From Trichoplax sp. H2 (lineage: Eukaryota), in the NCBI GenBank assembly GCA_003344405.1, contig NOWV01000166.1, forward strand, positions 62,001 through 126,000: DNA of 64,000 bases. Reading direction: 5' to 3'. A program made the position numbers and the translations under genes. Shown here in pieces: positions 43,856 to 56,409 of the stretch; the stretch's first letter is position 1; every line of letters begins with the position of its first letter. The notes under the pieces are model-generated. The model was not told the DNA's origin. It was given only the letters and a program-made list of their open reading frames with translations, and did not search any database.

Positions 43856-44874
43856 TCTTCCTCCTATACCCATACACTTGGTTTATAGGTTCCACCAGCA
43901 TAGATAAACGCTGCTAGTTTACACGCTATTATCCATGTTTGGATAAGTAAAGCACAAATTTAAATTGCATTTTATAGTTGCAACTGCATGGCAAAATTGA
44001 AGTACTTCTCCCATTGGTATAATGTCATCTCAACGTGCGCGTCGATGTTTGTTACCGTGGTCGCTGTACAATTGTTAATTTGATCAAGTAATTTCTTAGT
44101 TACCCGTATCTTCATTAAGCTAATTGCTTGATTATTGCGAAAAGCATCACGATACTGCATTGACTCTATGATTGGCATTACGTGTATTAATGATAATTAA
44201 TAAAATTGAATGAAGAAAATGGTAGCTGTAGCCATGTTGAATTTGAATTTTAAGTAACAGTAGCATAATCAAAACTTTATCATGGAGAAACTGACCTACC
44301 ATGACTGCATCCTATCGAACCGGAAATGATATTACAGTACATTACTGTAGAGAGCCTATACTGTTGTTTTTTTGGTACAGGATCTCTAGTGTACATGCAA
44401 TTTACTATCGCTAGTAAAATTCGAGAAAACACGTCTTTTTCACTTTATACTACATAGTATTTTGATTCTTATATCTTTCAGACGTAGGCCTGTCGTTAAT
44501 TGCTTACTAATCGATCCTTCGTGGTACTAATGGTACTTGTACCATGCTTTTACAACGCAAGATAATGTACCGCATTAACGCGACGCGGCAACTTTTGCTT
44601 GATTAGCGATGTCATATATACATTATATATTACAGGATTGTGCAGAACTTCTGCATGAATATCTTTGATATCTCTTTTATTAGTGAACGTACAGAATTTC
44701 TTCTTCTATCGTTCCAATCAGCAGCATTCGATGCTTCCTATAGTCATGGACTCATGGTAGATTATAAAAATTAAAAATTAATTATTTATCATAAGGCAAC
44801 CATAAGTCTAAGAGCAACTGCGATAACGGCTGCGCGAATTCAACTGCCAGTAACAGGATAGTCATTTGCGGCGC

Positions 44875-45092
44875 CTTACAGTACGTACTGTAGACTGTGC
44901 AATACATTGTACTGTGCTGTCTATTATCTGCAGTACTGTAGGCCGTTTTTTTCCCGACAGATGTACAGTACAGTACAGTACTGTACAGTACAGTATTACA
45001 GTACGATACAGTACTGTACTGTACTGTATACAGTACTGTACTGTAGTACTGTACTGTACGGTAGCACAAGGTTCTGTACTGTACACTGTAAG
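44875..45092. repeat. Dense TACAG/CTGTA pentamer tract about 300 bp upstream of GMC paralog 3
   Basis: e.g. GTACAGTACAGTACAGTACTGTACAGTACAGTA at 44963-44995. It generates the spurious YCTV-rich ORFs in the track. Confidence 0.85.
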
Positions 45093-45385
45093 GCAGAGGG
45101 CCTTAAATTAAGTTAATTTGGCATTTTTAGATATTGGTGTCCGTTACTCTCCATGACTAAGTCATGGACACCAAGGTAGTGATATTACTAAATATGCCCT
45201 CAAGGTAAATAAATGTATCAATTACAACAGCAGAAAGTAAATAGATGATCATAGGGATTAGAGGGATTACTATACACTTAATTTACTGCGGGTTATAGTA
45301 TGTTCAAGGGAAGAAAGAGAGTGATCACAATTGCTAGTGGTTGATTATCATCCACAAAGTACTACGGTGCTCGAGTTAAATCGAC

Positions 45386-48300
45386 ATGTCTTCGTCGTCG
45401 AAATTAGAATTAGCTCTCAAATGCGGTAGTGGTCTATTTGCATCTTATATGGCGTATCAATTTATGTATCGCCAAGTTCATGACCCCTACATTGATACCT
45501 TTGCAACAAGCTATGATTACGTGATTGTTGGCGGTGGCACAACGGGTTGTATATTGGCCAATAGATTGAGCGAAGATCCTAATGTAACAGTCTTGCTTTT
45601 AGAAGCTGGAGGAAAATATGTTGATAATCCAGTTGTTCCAGTGCCTGCTGCAACAGGCACTTTGCAAGTGAACTCTGGCATTGATTGGAGTTACAAGGTA
45701 AATCAATGTTGTTTAAAGTGTATAGAGGATCTGTTGTAAGAATGGCGTTTCAAGGAATGCTGAGCGAAAATCTGCAATTCGTTTCACTACGAGTAATGTA
45801 CGCGTACTCGTATACTCTACTCTACTATGGAGTATTAGAACACAGTATCTTCTATTTCATATCTGCCTTCAACGAGCTTGTGAAGTTGCAGTCTTGCAGA
45901 TGGTATTCCAACTGTACAGCGATTGAAACAATAACAATAATTACGTATCATTAACTACTGTATTGGTTCCCTCCAAATCAATTGTACCGAATAAGAGGCG
46001 ATTCGAAACACGAATTGAAAGCAAAGATGAGAATGATGATGAGTAGGAAGGGTGTAAACAGTATTCCATTCTCTGCTTCAATTATTAAAGAGTTTATCCA
46101 AGTGCAAATGCAGGATTCGCTACTAGCAGATCGCTTGATCGATGTCAGTGAATGTACATTGTACAGTATTCTGGCATCGATACAGTACCGATCTACTTTA
46201 CTAGCTGCTATCGATGTACAGTAATCCCAAATTATATCTACATACTGTACATGCATACGTCCTCTACAATACAATGACGCCGCTAATTTTTTTTATTTTT
46301 TATTTTCATTCAAAATATTATTTTATTTTTTGATTTATTTACTGATACTGTTAACTGCTGATTCATATACTGCACGAAACTTAGGAGTAGTCTATAGGCT
46401 GCAACTATTGTAAATTGTGAATCAATGATTTTTTGGTTACATGGAGCTCAGCAGAATTGCTGTAAACCTACACCTTTGACATTATGGTGTCTATAATATT
46501 GTTATTGTTTGAGATCCATGTTTTCCGCCCAGTTATTTTTTTTCAATCGTAAAAGCTCTACAGCCTGGGATTGATGAGTTGTAAATGAAAATGTCAATTT
46601 TGCCTAAGAAGCATTACTATACTGCTAATTAAATTATGATAATAATCAATTAAACATAACCAAAACGTGAATGACATTAAGCTATAACAAAGAAGAGCTC
46701 AGAGTCGGAGTGCACCTTGGTTGTTAAAATCGATCTACTGCAGTTGTTAGTTGTGAGTATACATAGAAGGCTAGAACTGTGTGCAACTGATGCCCCACAG
46801 TCTCCGTATGCAGCAGTCGAGGTACTGTCTAAAGTGGTATAAATGGAAATAGAGATGGAAGATCAAAGTCAAAAATAGAAGATAGCAAGAGTTTGAGAAT
46901 ACTGAATCTATTTTATACTGTACTGTACTGTATAGTATTACTCGTATACTTGTAATGGCGGCATCTTATCTAATATACGTTCTTACGCGGATGGCGGCGT
47001 GGCGGCTTCTTGGATTTTAGCTGACATTTGGACTTTATTATCTCTAAATTACAGCTTTGCACAACGATTCAAAGGAATGTTAGTATACTCATATTATTCT
47101 TGTATCTTTGCCTAGGGATTGCCGCAAAAAGATGTATGCAAAGCCTTCATTGATAATTGCCCATTATGGCCGCGCGGAAAGGTATGGCATTCCATTCTTT
47201 GCCCTTAGTGCTATAGTGAGCTATGTATTCGTTGACACACAAGTAGCAGCATATTTTATGCTGACTGATAATACTTTGCATTTACTGCACGCAGTTCTAA
47301 ATCAATTGATACGAATAACAGATCAAAGTTATCGCATACGTGAAAACCATCTCTCTCTCTCTTGATTTATTATTATTATCGAGTAGTCTCTGGTGAAACA
47401 AGGACTAGTATAATGTGTTTACTGGATTAAAATCGACGGCTACTTTCATTACTACAGTATTTGTACGATGATTATATGTTTTGAGGTTAAGTGATTTGCA
47501 CTACATTTAAGAAATACATGTAACTCATTAAATGATTACAACTTCAGTATATTATTATTAATAAATTATGGCGTGCTCATTACATGCAGATTTTAGGAGG
47601 TTCAAGTGCAATTAACTATATGGTGTATATGAGAGGTTGTAAGGGAGATTTTGATTCGTGGCAAGAGTTAGGTAATGAAAACCGACGGTATTTTGTAGTT
47701 GACATGATGCAGAATACTCAGATTAATAGAGTTTTTAAGAATAAGTTAGCTTTATTTTATTTTTATTGCTATCTACAGTATTACTGTATCGGCACTATTT
47801 AAACTTATACAGTACTACTTTATACATACGTATGCAATATGGAGAAATGGTAGAGATACTAGAAATTTATAGAAACGCTTTTACTGCTAAGATTATGATT
47901 GACCATATACGGTATCAATGAATGCATTGTTATACTAGGTGCTGATGGATGGAGTTACAACGACGTCTTACCTTATTTTAAAAAATACGAAAATAATACC
48001 AGGTTCAAACTACCTGCATCTATTTACTCACTTGGTTACTGCTCTGTCCGTAGTTATCGATCATGACATACACTGTACTATGTATAGTACATGGACAATT
48101 AATAGAAGTTAATGTTTTAAAATTTTTACCATGTCCAATGTCCAGGGCAGAATTTCGAAATGATCCGCAGCATGGTGTTGGAGGACCGATTATTATTAGT
48201 GATTCACTCGTAGAAGCACCGTACGTTGAAGCTTTCCTTAAAGCAGGTATGCAACACAAGATCAGTAAGATTATATCTCATTGATACTGCTTTAAAGTCA

Positions 48301-50949
48301 TTAGATCTGTAATTATAATTTTCTGCTAGTTTATGCTTATAATCTTATCATTATGTTAGGCGAAGATGCGGGTTATCCTACTTGTGATCTAAATGGTGGT
48401 ATTAAAGTTAGTATACATATATCTTTAGTTTACTATATTTGATGCCATAATTATTGGTATTTATAATGTTACAATTCTTTTTAGTATAACTATTATTGTA
48501 TTAAAACTTAAACACACGTAGAATGGGTTTGATCGAGGACAGGTTTTTGTTGGCAACGGAAAACGCCAAAGTACGGCACAATGCTATCTTACAGCGGAAG
48601 TATTAGAAAGGAAAAATTTATTTATCGGTATACATTCTCATGTCGGAAAGGTATTGTAATAATGCATTACTTACTGCATAAAATCAAGTCATGTTTAACC
48701 TTGCAGTGAATATAACTTAAATCTAGTATCCAGATTTAATATCTTAATTTAAGGTTAAATAGTATTCACTGCTTGATATTTAAGGTAATTTTTCGTGGTA
48801 AAAGAGCTGTTGGTGTTGAATTTTCACAAAAGTAAGAATTTATTTACTTCGACTTTCTTATTGTTTTATAAGAAATGTCCTTTACTGTTCGGTTCCGACT
48901 TACAGTATACGAGTATAATGTAAATTTCTTTTATAGACAAAAAATACAAACTGTTCACTGCAATCGCGAGGTTATTTTATCTGCTGGAATAGTAGGTACA
49001 ACGCAACTTTTACTGCTGTCTGGTGTGGGACCACAAAATGATCTAATGGAATTAAATGTCTGTATTACAAATCAAAGCCTTACGTTAATAATGTATAGTT
49101 TGTATTTTGACTGTGTAATAGCTTAAATGCAAATGACTTTGCAATATTGAATCAGAGAAATAATATTATGATTACTTTATATCAATTATTAACTAAATGA
49201 ACTTTTTCCCTTAGATTCCCGTTGTTGCCAATCTACCGGTTGGTCTTAACTTACAGGTAGAGAATGGTTCCGTAAAGTAGAAGTGGCTCATTTACTTGCG
49301 GTGTTAATATACCGGATATTATACCTGTGTCACTTTAGAGCCACCATTGCATGGTCTTGTCTGCTTCCACGGTGGATAGCATTAAGGAGTATAGTCTAAC
49401 TAAGGAAAGTGCTTCATCCCTTTCGACATTACTGAAATATATGATTTTCAAAGAGGTGAATAATTGAGCTTAAGACTTCTTTATTAATATATTTTAGCTA
49501 TGAATTAATTAATTATAATTGGGTTACTTAGGGGTTTCTAACTTCTGCTGGTTACCAAGCTTCCGCTCTGTTTAATGTCAGTGAGAACGCTGTAAGTTTT
49601 CGATGATGCATAATTTAATATGATGGCAAAAATCAGAGGAAATAGGGCTCCACATATGTAATTCAGTTGAATACCAGGAAAACTTATCTAGAGGACTACA
49701 CATAAGATTCTGATATAATACTGTCATTTTAATATAGGAAGAAGTTCCATGGGCTGAAATGCTAATTCATCTCATGTGTATCGGACCTGATCAAACCGTT
49801 TATTATAATAATTTTCGTTATGATGAGAAAAAGTACGTTCTTACGCGTTTTTACAAGAAATATTTTCTTGTCTTACAGACTTAGAAAGTAGTAACAGTCT
49901 CAACAAGTAATAAATTACCGTGTGTATTTGTACTTGAAAAGAGTGAATGTTATGCAATGGAATAATATCGACATTAGCGTAATGTTATGTACTAGCGATG
50001 TGTTCTTATATTGTGCGACTGAAATTGATCTATAGATTTCCTGCTATGTACGTTGGAGGCCCTTATGATCCATCAACTGCTGGTATTTCATATATTTTTT
50101 AAAGGAGGTGGGGTAATTTCGAACTTGTTTTTTCATTAACGTGCCGTTACATTAATTCTTATTGGTAGGGCTGAACCTTATTTGTATACTATCACATCCT
50201 AAAAGTAGAGGGTGGATTAAACTTAAAACAACAAATCCAGAAGATCAACCAGAGATACAACCCAATTATTTTCAGCACAGGGATGATATGCGCGATATGG
50301 CAAAAGTAGTGTACACTATTTAGTACTGTTACGCTTTATGAGCACAGCGTTGGACTTTTTCTTTAATTTATAATGTCATTATCTTTCAGGGAATGCAATT
50401 TAGCCATAATTTGTTATGTAGTAAATATATGAAGCCATACATCAAGGAAATTCATCGATATAATGTTGATTGTCCTTATGAATACAATTCTATTGAATAT
50501 TGGGAAAGTGTATTAAGTTATTTTTCTTATGACAGTTATCATAACGTGAGTCTAGCCTTGATATTAATTGTTACTAGTCTAAGTAAGTAGCGGTTGGTTA
50601 TTAACACAGATAATTTTATAATTTATAGATTGGAACATGCAGGATGGGAGATAAGAATGATGATGCTGCTGTAGTAGATCCGCAGTTAAGGTCTGAATTA
50701 ATTTTGGCAATTGATATTTTGGTTAATAAGATAAAAGAATGGGATAGATGTACAGTAGCTGTAATTGTAAATCTTGTACTTAGAATTCGAGGGTTACAAG
50801 GAATTCGTGTTGTTGATGCTTGTATTATTCCGGAAATGGTTTCTTGCAATACTTATGCACCGATAGCAATGATTGGTGAAAAGGCAGCGGATCTTATCAA
50901 GGGCGTTACTGCATCTTCAGGATCTCATCATGATGAAAGAACTGCTTGA
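45386..50949 (+). CDS. GMC FAD oxidoreductase, paralog 3, about 18 exons
   Basis: Exon 1 (45386-45697) [22 protein letters not shown]. Exon 2 ~47115-47181 (WPRGK). Later: [119 protein letters not shown]...TA*. AATAAA at ~50997. Intron positions match paralog 2. Confidence 0.93.
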
Positions 50950-52811
50950 ATATTGCGCTACTTCAAGTGGTAGCTACCATATCCTAAGCCTTCACGAATA
51001 AAGTTATATCGTCATGTTAAGCATTTAGTTATCGACGCATGTAGTTGAAGTCTAGATACGAATATTTTAAAAGAGGTTTAGGATGTACGCGCATGTTGTA
51101 TTGGTCAATAAAGTGAATGACTTTATGATTCTGATAGGCAAGCTTAGTAGTATGTATTTTATGTTGCTTAAAAACAGATGAGGATATTTACATAATGAAG
51201 AATTTTAACTACAGTATTAAAATATCGTTGTACGCGTACACTTTACGCTTGTGGAATTAATCGGAAAGCGTCAATCTGATCACTAATGACACCGTGTAAA
51301 TACGTATCATGTGAGTTGTAGGTAAAGTATACAGGTATTAAAATGAGGCAACTAGGATACCAGTGTTACCTGTACATTGGCATATAGTAAGCTACGTAGT
51401 AGTAATCACTGAGCAAAAGGTCAATAATTACGGTAGATCTGATAAATGACATACGTTATGATTCATCGTTATGATTGTGATGCTTGTAGTATGCATTGCT
51501 TGTAAAATCTTTATTCTGTACGGTAAATATCGTATGCGTACACTAATCAAGTTGTATAGCTTTCGTTGGTTAAGGCCACCTTCTTTCTACAGTATGAAGT
51601 TCACTACTTTGCTTACTGTAAATTGAATTATCTTTCCAATAACTTTAGGCAAATGTAGATTTGAACGTTACTAGCTCTAATATCAATATTTCAAACTACA
51701 GCATATTACTTTTCAGCAAGCTACATCTCCGGATAGGAGCATACTAAGCTGACTTAACCCAGGGTCCTCAGCGCCAGCCATTCGAATTGTATGCGATAGT
51801 ACTCATAATTAGCATTGCTTACTTTTGAACGTGTGCAAGGTACTACTGTACATTCGCAGATCTGTCGTATACTATGTTTGATTTACCCATCCATTACACG
51901 TTGCGATTAAATGTGTAATACACCTTTGTTGGAAAAAGCGTCCGATAAAGAATAATGTCAATAACAACCTCATAACTTTTAGATAGATTATACATATGGA
52001 ATTGTTACAAAACGCAATGGATGCATGCAGAAAAATCATCGAAAATATATTTATTTTCATATCAAATGGGCAATGATATCTATGGAACAATGCAGACTGC
52101 ATTGCAGGTAATAAGCATATTTAAGCTATGTGAATAAAACAGTAACAGATTAATCAAGACTATCTTAGATATAGTACAAATAGAAAGATAAATATGCTTA
52201 TATATATACGCTGTCCACAAACACGACAGTTTAATCTAATCTAATCGATATAAAGTCTAATTGAACGATAGTTTAATGTAATAAGCGTAACATGCGCGTG
52301 TAGCCATGACAAGGTGCTGGGCATAAACTATAAACGTATACCGAGACAAAGATTACAGCAGTACACGTTCAGATACAGTATTCGGCACGAGATAAAATAT
52401 TTACTCTTCCTACCTTATTTGTAACTAGTAAAGCTTCTTTAGGTTCCATAACAATGAATAAAAAATATGATTTCTTACATTTACAAGCCTTGCCATCATG
52501 CGTACATTATTACGTAGTCTAGTAAAGTCTGAAAAAATAGTATAATATGCTACTACAGTATACGAATACCCATACCGGATGTGAATTGTGTTTCTTTAAT
52601 CTTTTTTTGAGTTCCATTTGTCATACTTAGCCGTAGATACCAGATATTTTTCTTATTTTTTCATGAAGATTCGATATTCTATTTAGGTATAATCGTTCTC
52701 CATAGAATTGTTTATAGTCATGCAATTCAAAAAAAGTTATCATCGATTCGACGGCAATTCATTTTTATTTAGAATACATTCGAAATTGGATTAGCAAATG
52801 CTGTCAACGAT

Positions 52812-54613
52812 TCAGCATCCTTGGAAGTCTTCTTCTGAATTGATAACAACGATATTTTGAAGAATTCTGGCAGAAAGTGGATCAAATATAAATTCTTCCA
52901 TTGGACTCCACGAGTTTTTTAATACTTTAGTAACTTCTTCCTCTATATAAACCTCATTGCTCGATAATAGGTTGTCGTCATAAGTGCCATTAAGAGCTAC
53001 ATGAAACAAGATAACTGCTTGCTTAAAAGGTGCATCGTCATTGTCACAGTAACTTTGAAATTGACGGGCTAATTTAGGATTTAACGCATGTAATTTGTTA
53101 GTAATAGGAATGGTGTTGGTCGTTAAGGCTTTGTTTAATTGCTTCAAGAAGGAATGTTCCAAGTTTTCATCCAAAGCATGGTTACGACTATATTCGCCAT
53201 GGACATTAAGTTCCATGAACGGTTTTGGTATAGCATCTAAAAGCTTCATAATTAAACAACGACTAGATTTGAATGCGTTTGATCGATGAGCTAAAGTGAA
53301 AACTAACGGCTTTTTCCGTTGCAGCCCAGTATTATATATCTTGAATGCTAGAAAAGTTAGTTTTTTCCAAGTATTTTTAGTTTGGGATGGAAAATGATTT
53401 TTTAAATCTTGTATTAGTTTGCGAGATTGGCTAATGGCTTCCATCTCATTTAAGGTAGATGCTTTCCGATCGACATTAGATCTGATGCAGTGTAGAAAAA
53501 TTAGAGCAAGTATACAGAAGCATACGAGTATGATCGGCACGCTACGGTTGGTAATTCTGTTGGAAGGTGTATCTTTCCTTGGATTACTGTCTGGTGAAGG
53601 TGGAGTTTGTTTAGGCTTCTGATCGGATTGATGTACATTTGGTGGAGTAAGCATATGCGTATATTAAAGTACAATTAAAACATTGACATTTTAGATGTAT
53701 GTAATAATTGTTACTCATTGGTGAAGTAAAATAAGAAAACTTTTATTGTAGTCAATTCATTATTCAGTAGATGTACAGTAGACTACTGTCAGTAGTACTG
53801 CTATGAATTAGGGTCGGTGTTCCAGTCGATGTCCGTGCAGTACTATGCAAGATTTGGATAAAGTCTCTCGAGTGTTATTGTAGTGTATTATTACAACTGT
53901 TTAGCGTGGAGCTTTTACGGTACTATCGTCATAGTCAATTGCACAATAACACTGTTCGCAGGAATTTCTTCCTTTGGTATCATCGCATTGCTGTGCTTAC
54001 TGTAGTATCATTCATTGATCAAGCGGATAGAAAGAACATTTTGGCATTCACTTTTTGCTGCTGCTTTCTAATTGTACTTGAATAGTGAAGTAGTTACCAA
54101 TATAACAACATCAGGTGAAGATTGCCTTCAATACCGAATCAAATACTGTACTAGGTCAATCAGACTCGATCAGGAGATATGTCCTTGCTTGCTTCATCAT
54201 ACTGCACTGTACAATCACTTTGACAACACAAACTGGCTGGTATATTATTAATATTTACACTATATATTCCTAACCCTATTTCTTGTCTGATTTCCTATAG
54301 CGTTATTCTCGTTTCCTTCCATAGCGTTATTCTCGTTTTCTTCCATAGCGTTATTCTTGTTTCCTTCCATAGCGTTATTCTCGTTTTCTTCCATAGCGTT
54401 ATTCTCGTTTTCTTCCATAGCGTTATTCTCGTTTTCTGGTGGATTTACTGTCGTAGTTAAATTGGAGTCATCGTGTTGGCCATGCGGGTTGGATGTTATT
54501 GGCGGTGTACCCGTTGGTTTTGATTCACTGTTTAACACATCTTTTTTGGCGATGTTATTTTTCGCCCCATTTCCTTTGCTTGGGGACGAAATTCTTCTCT
54601 GTCTTGTTGGCAT
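52812..54613 (-). CDS. LAP1/LULL1 (TOR1AIP)-like torsin activator; type II membrane protein, probably 2 coding exons (54613-~54275, ~53618-52812)
   Basis: ORF 52812-53654 has one hydrophobic helix (VPIILVCFCILALIFLHCI) followed by LKNHFPSQTKNTW, YCDNDDAPFKQAVILF (cf. LAP1 YCDHENAAFKDVALVL) and PLSARILQNIVVINSE...C* (cf. LAP1 GLWSRISHLVLPVQPE...CL). The disordered ORF 54260-54613 can join in phase 0 via AGG|GTTAGG and CAG|AAG. That splice is inferred. Confidence 0.78.
54290..54436 (-). repeat. Coding 24-bp tandem repeat (ENENNAME x ~6)
   Basis: Unit CCATAGCGTTATTCTCGTTTTCTT repeated about 6 times here and about 5 times at 55682-55805. Confidence 0.95.
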
Positions 54614-55623
54614 CCGTAGAGTCTAAGTGATCATGATCATTGCATGATTACTGTATGCGCGTGCAAGTTATATCAGTAGAATATATACGACCGAAAACAT
54701 CAGCTCATCCTGGCCATGACTTTTATGACAAACCCAAGCAGGGCTAATATGTTTATGGTCGATCCTAATCCACTTACCGTGATACTGTATCGTTTCCAAT
54801 ATCCTTAGCAAAAATGGTTACAATCCACTGATAAACAAGATGCTGGTAGCGATGGCACAGCGGCAGGTGTTGAATGGACCATTTGAGGTGCTGCCACGTG
54901 AATGAATTATTGACTGATTTGGAAGCTGCTGCAATCCCACTTCCAATCAAGGAAAATGGACAGTATGGACGAGTAGAGGACTACCATGGACTTGTGAGAG
55001 AAGTAGTGGCAAGTCGCTGCTTCTACTACCACGAATAGAGGATAGTAGAGTACAGTACGTTTCAAAAATGCTCGCGCATACAGTACTGTACAGTACATAC
55101 TGTACTGTACTGACGTCAGTCTACAGTACTGTACTGTACAGTACATGGAACAAAATAAGGTCTCCAACATACTGTATCTCCGTGCTTGTTGTACAGTACT
55201 GTACTGTATAGTAGTGCAGTTGTAGTATATACAGTAGTACTGTATACTCAGTAACTCATTTAGGTACACTGTACAGTACAGTACAGTATGTACTTGTACT
55301 GTACGTACAGTACTGCAGTGCTGTAAGAGTGGACATGCACTGTACAGTACAGTACAGACAGACGTACAGTACAGTACAGTACAGGTACGTTTAAAAAATG
55401 CAAACGGTCCGTGAGATAAACAACATTGAATAAACTGGTGGATTGCGACATGTCGTAAGAGCGGATATTTCACCATTTCAACCGCTATATGAAAAAAAAA
55501 TGCTTTTACGGAATGAGGGAATTCATTAATTATATTATAGAAGGTAAAAATAAAAGTACAGGCACATAGAGTATCACCAGCGATACTCAATGTACTGTAC
55601 TCTACTGCAGGTTGTCGGGACTA

Positions 55624-55643
55624 NNNNNNNNNNNNNNNNNNNN
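55624..55643. other. Assembly gap (20 N)
   Basis: Run of n. Confidence 1.
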
Positions 55644-56409
55644 ATTTACACTATATATTCCTAACCCTATTTCTTGTCTGATTTCCTATAGCGTTATTCT
55701 CGTTTCCTTCCATAGCGTTATTCTCGTTTTCTTCCATAGCGTTATTCTCGTTTTCTTCCATAGCGTTATTCTCGTTTTCTTCCATAGCGTTATTCTCGTT
55801 TTCTGGTGGATTTACTGTCGTAGTTAAATTGGAGTCATCGTGTTGGCCATGCGGGTTGGATGTTATTGGCGGTGTACCCGTTGGTTTTGATTCACTGTTT
55901 AACACATCTTTTTTGGCGATGTCATTTTTCGGCCCATTTCCTTTGCTTGGGGACGAAATTCTGCTGTTTCTTGTTGCCATCCGTAGAGTCTGAGTGATCA
56001 TGATCATTGCATGATTACTGTATGCGCGTGCAAGTTATATCAGTAGAATATATACGACCGAAAACATCAGCTCATCCTGGCGAGGACTTTTATGACAAAC
56101 CCAAGCAGGGCTAATATGTTTATGGTCGATCCTAATCCACTTACCGTAATACTGTATCGTTTCCAATATCCTTAGCAAAAATGGTCACAATCCACTGATA
56201 AACAAGATGCTGGTAGCGATGGCACACTAGTACTGGTGTTCAATGGACCATTTGAGGTGCTGCCACGTGAATGAATTATTGACTGATTTGGAAGCTGCTG
56301 CAATCCCACTTCCAATCAAGGAAAATGGACAGTATGGACGAGTAGAAGACTACCATGGACTTGTGAGAGAAGTGGTGACAAGTCGCTGCTTCTAATACCG
56401 CAAATAGAG

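Noticed and set aside
44782..45116. Four overlapping YCTV/STVQ-rich ORFs on both strands
   Set aside because: Translations of the TACAG/CTGTA pentamer tract, which is depleted of stop codons; no domain content.
14157..50949. GMC genes as a recent bacterial horizontal transfer, or an operon-like unit with calpain and WDR83
   Set aside because: About 17 spliceosomal introns each, host-like composition and mixed orientations. Adjacency in a eukaryote does not imply shared function.
53095..53622. Plus-strand ORFs 53095-53289 and 53419-53622 (similarly 16748-16948, 60939-61160, 48020-48259)
   Set aside because: Antisense shadows of real exons on the other strand.
54290..54436. 24-bp repeats as a CRISPR-like array
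   Set aside because: Head-to-tail units with no unique spacers, in-frame coding, eukaryotic context, no cas genes.
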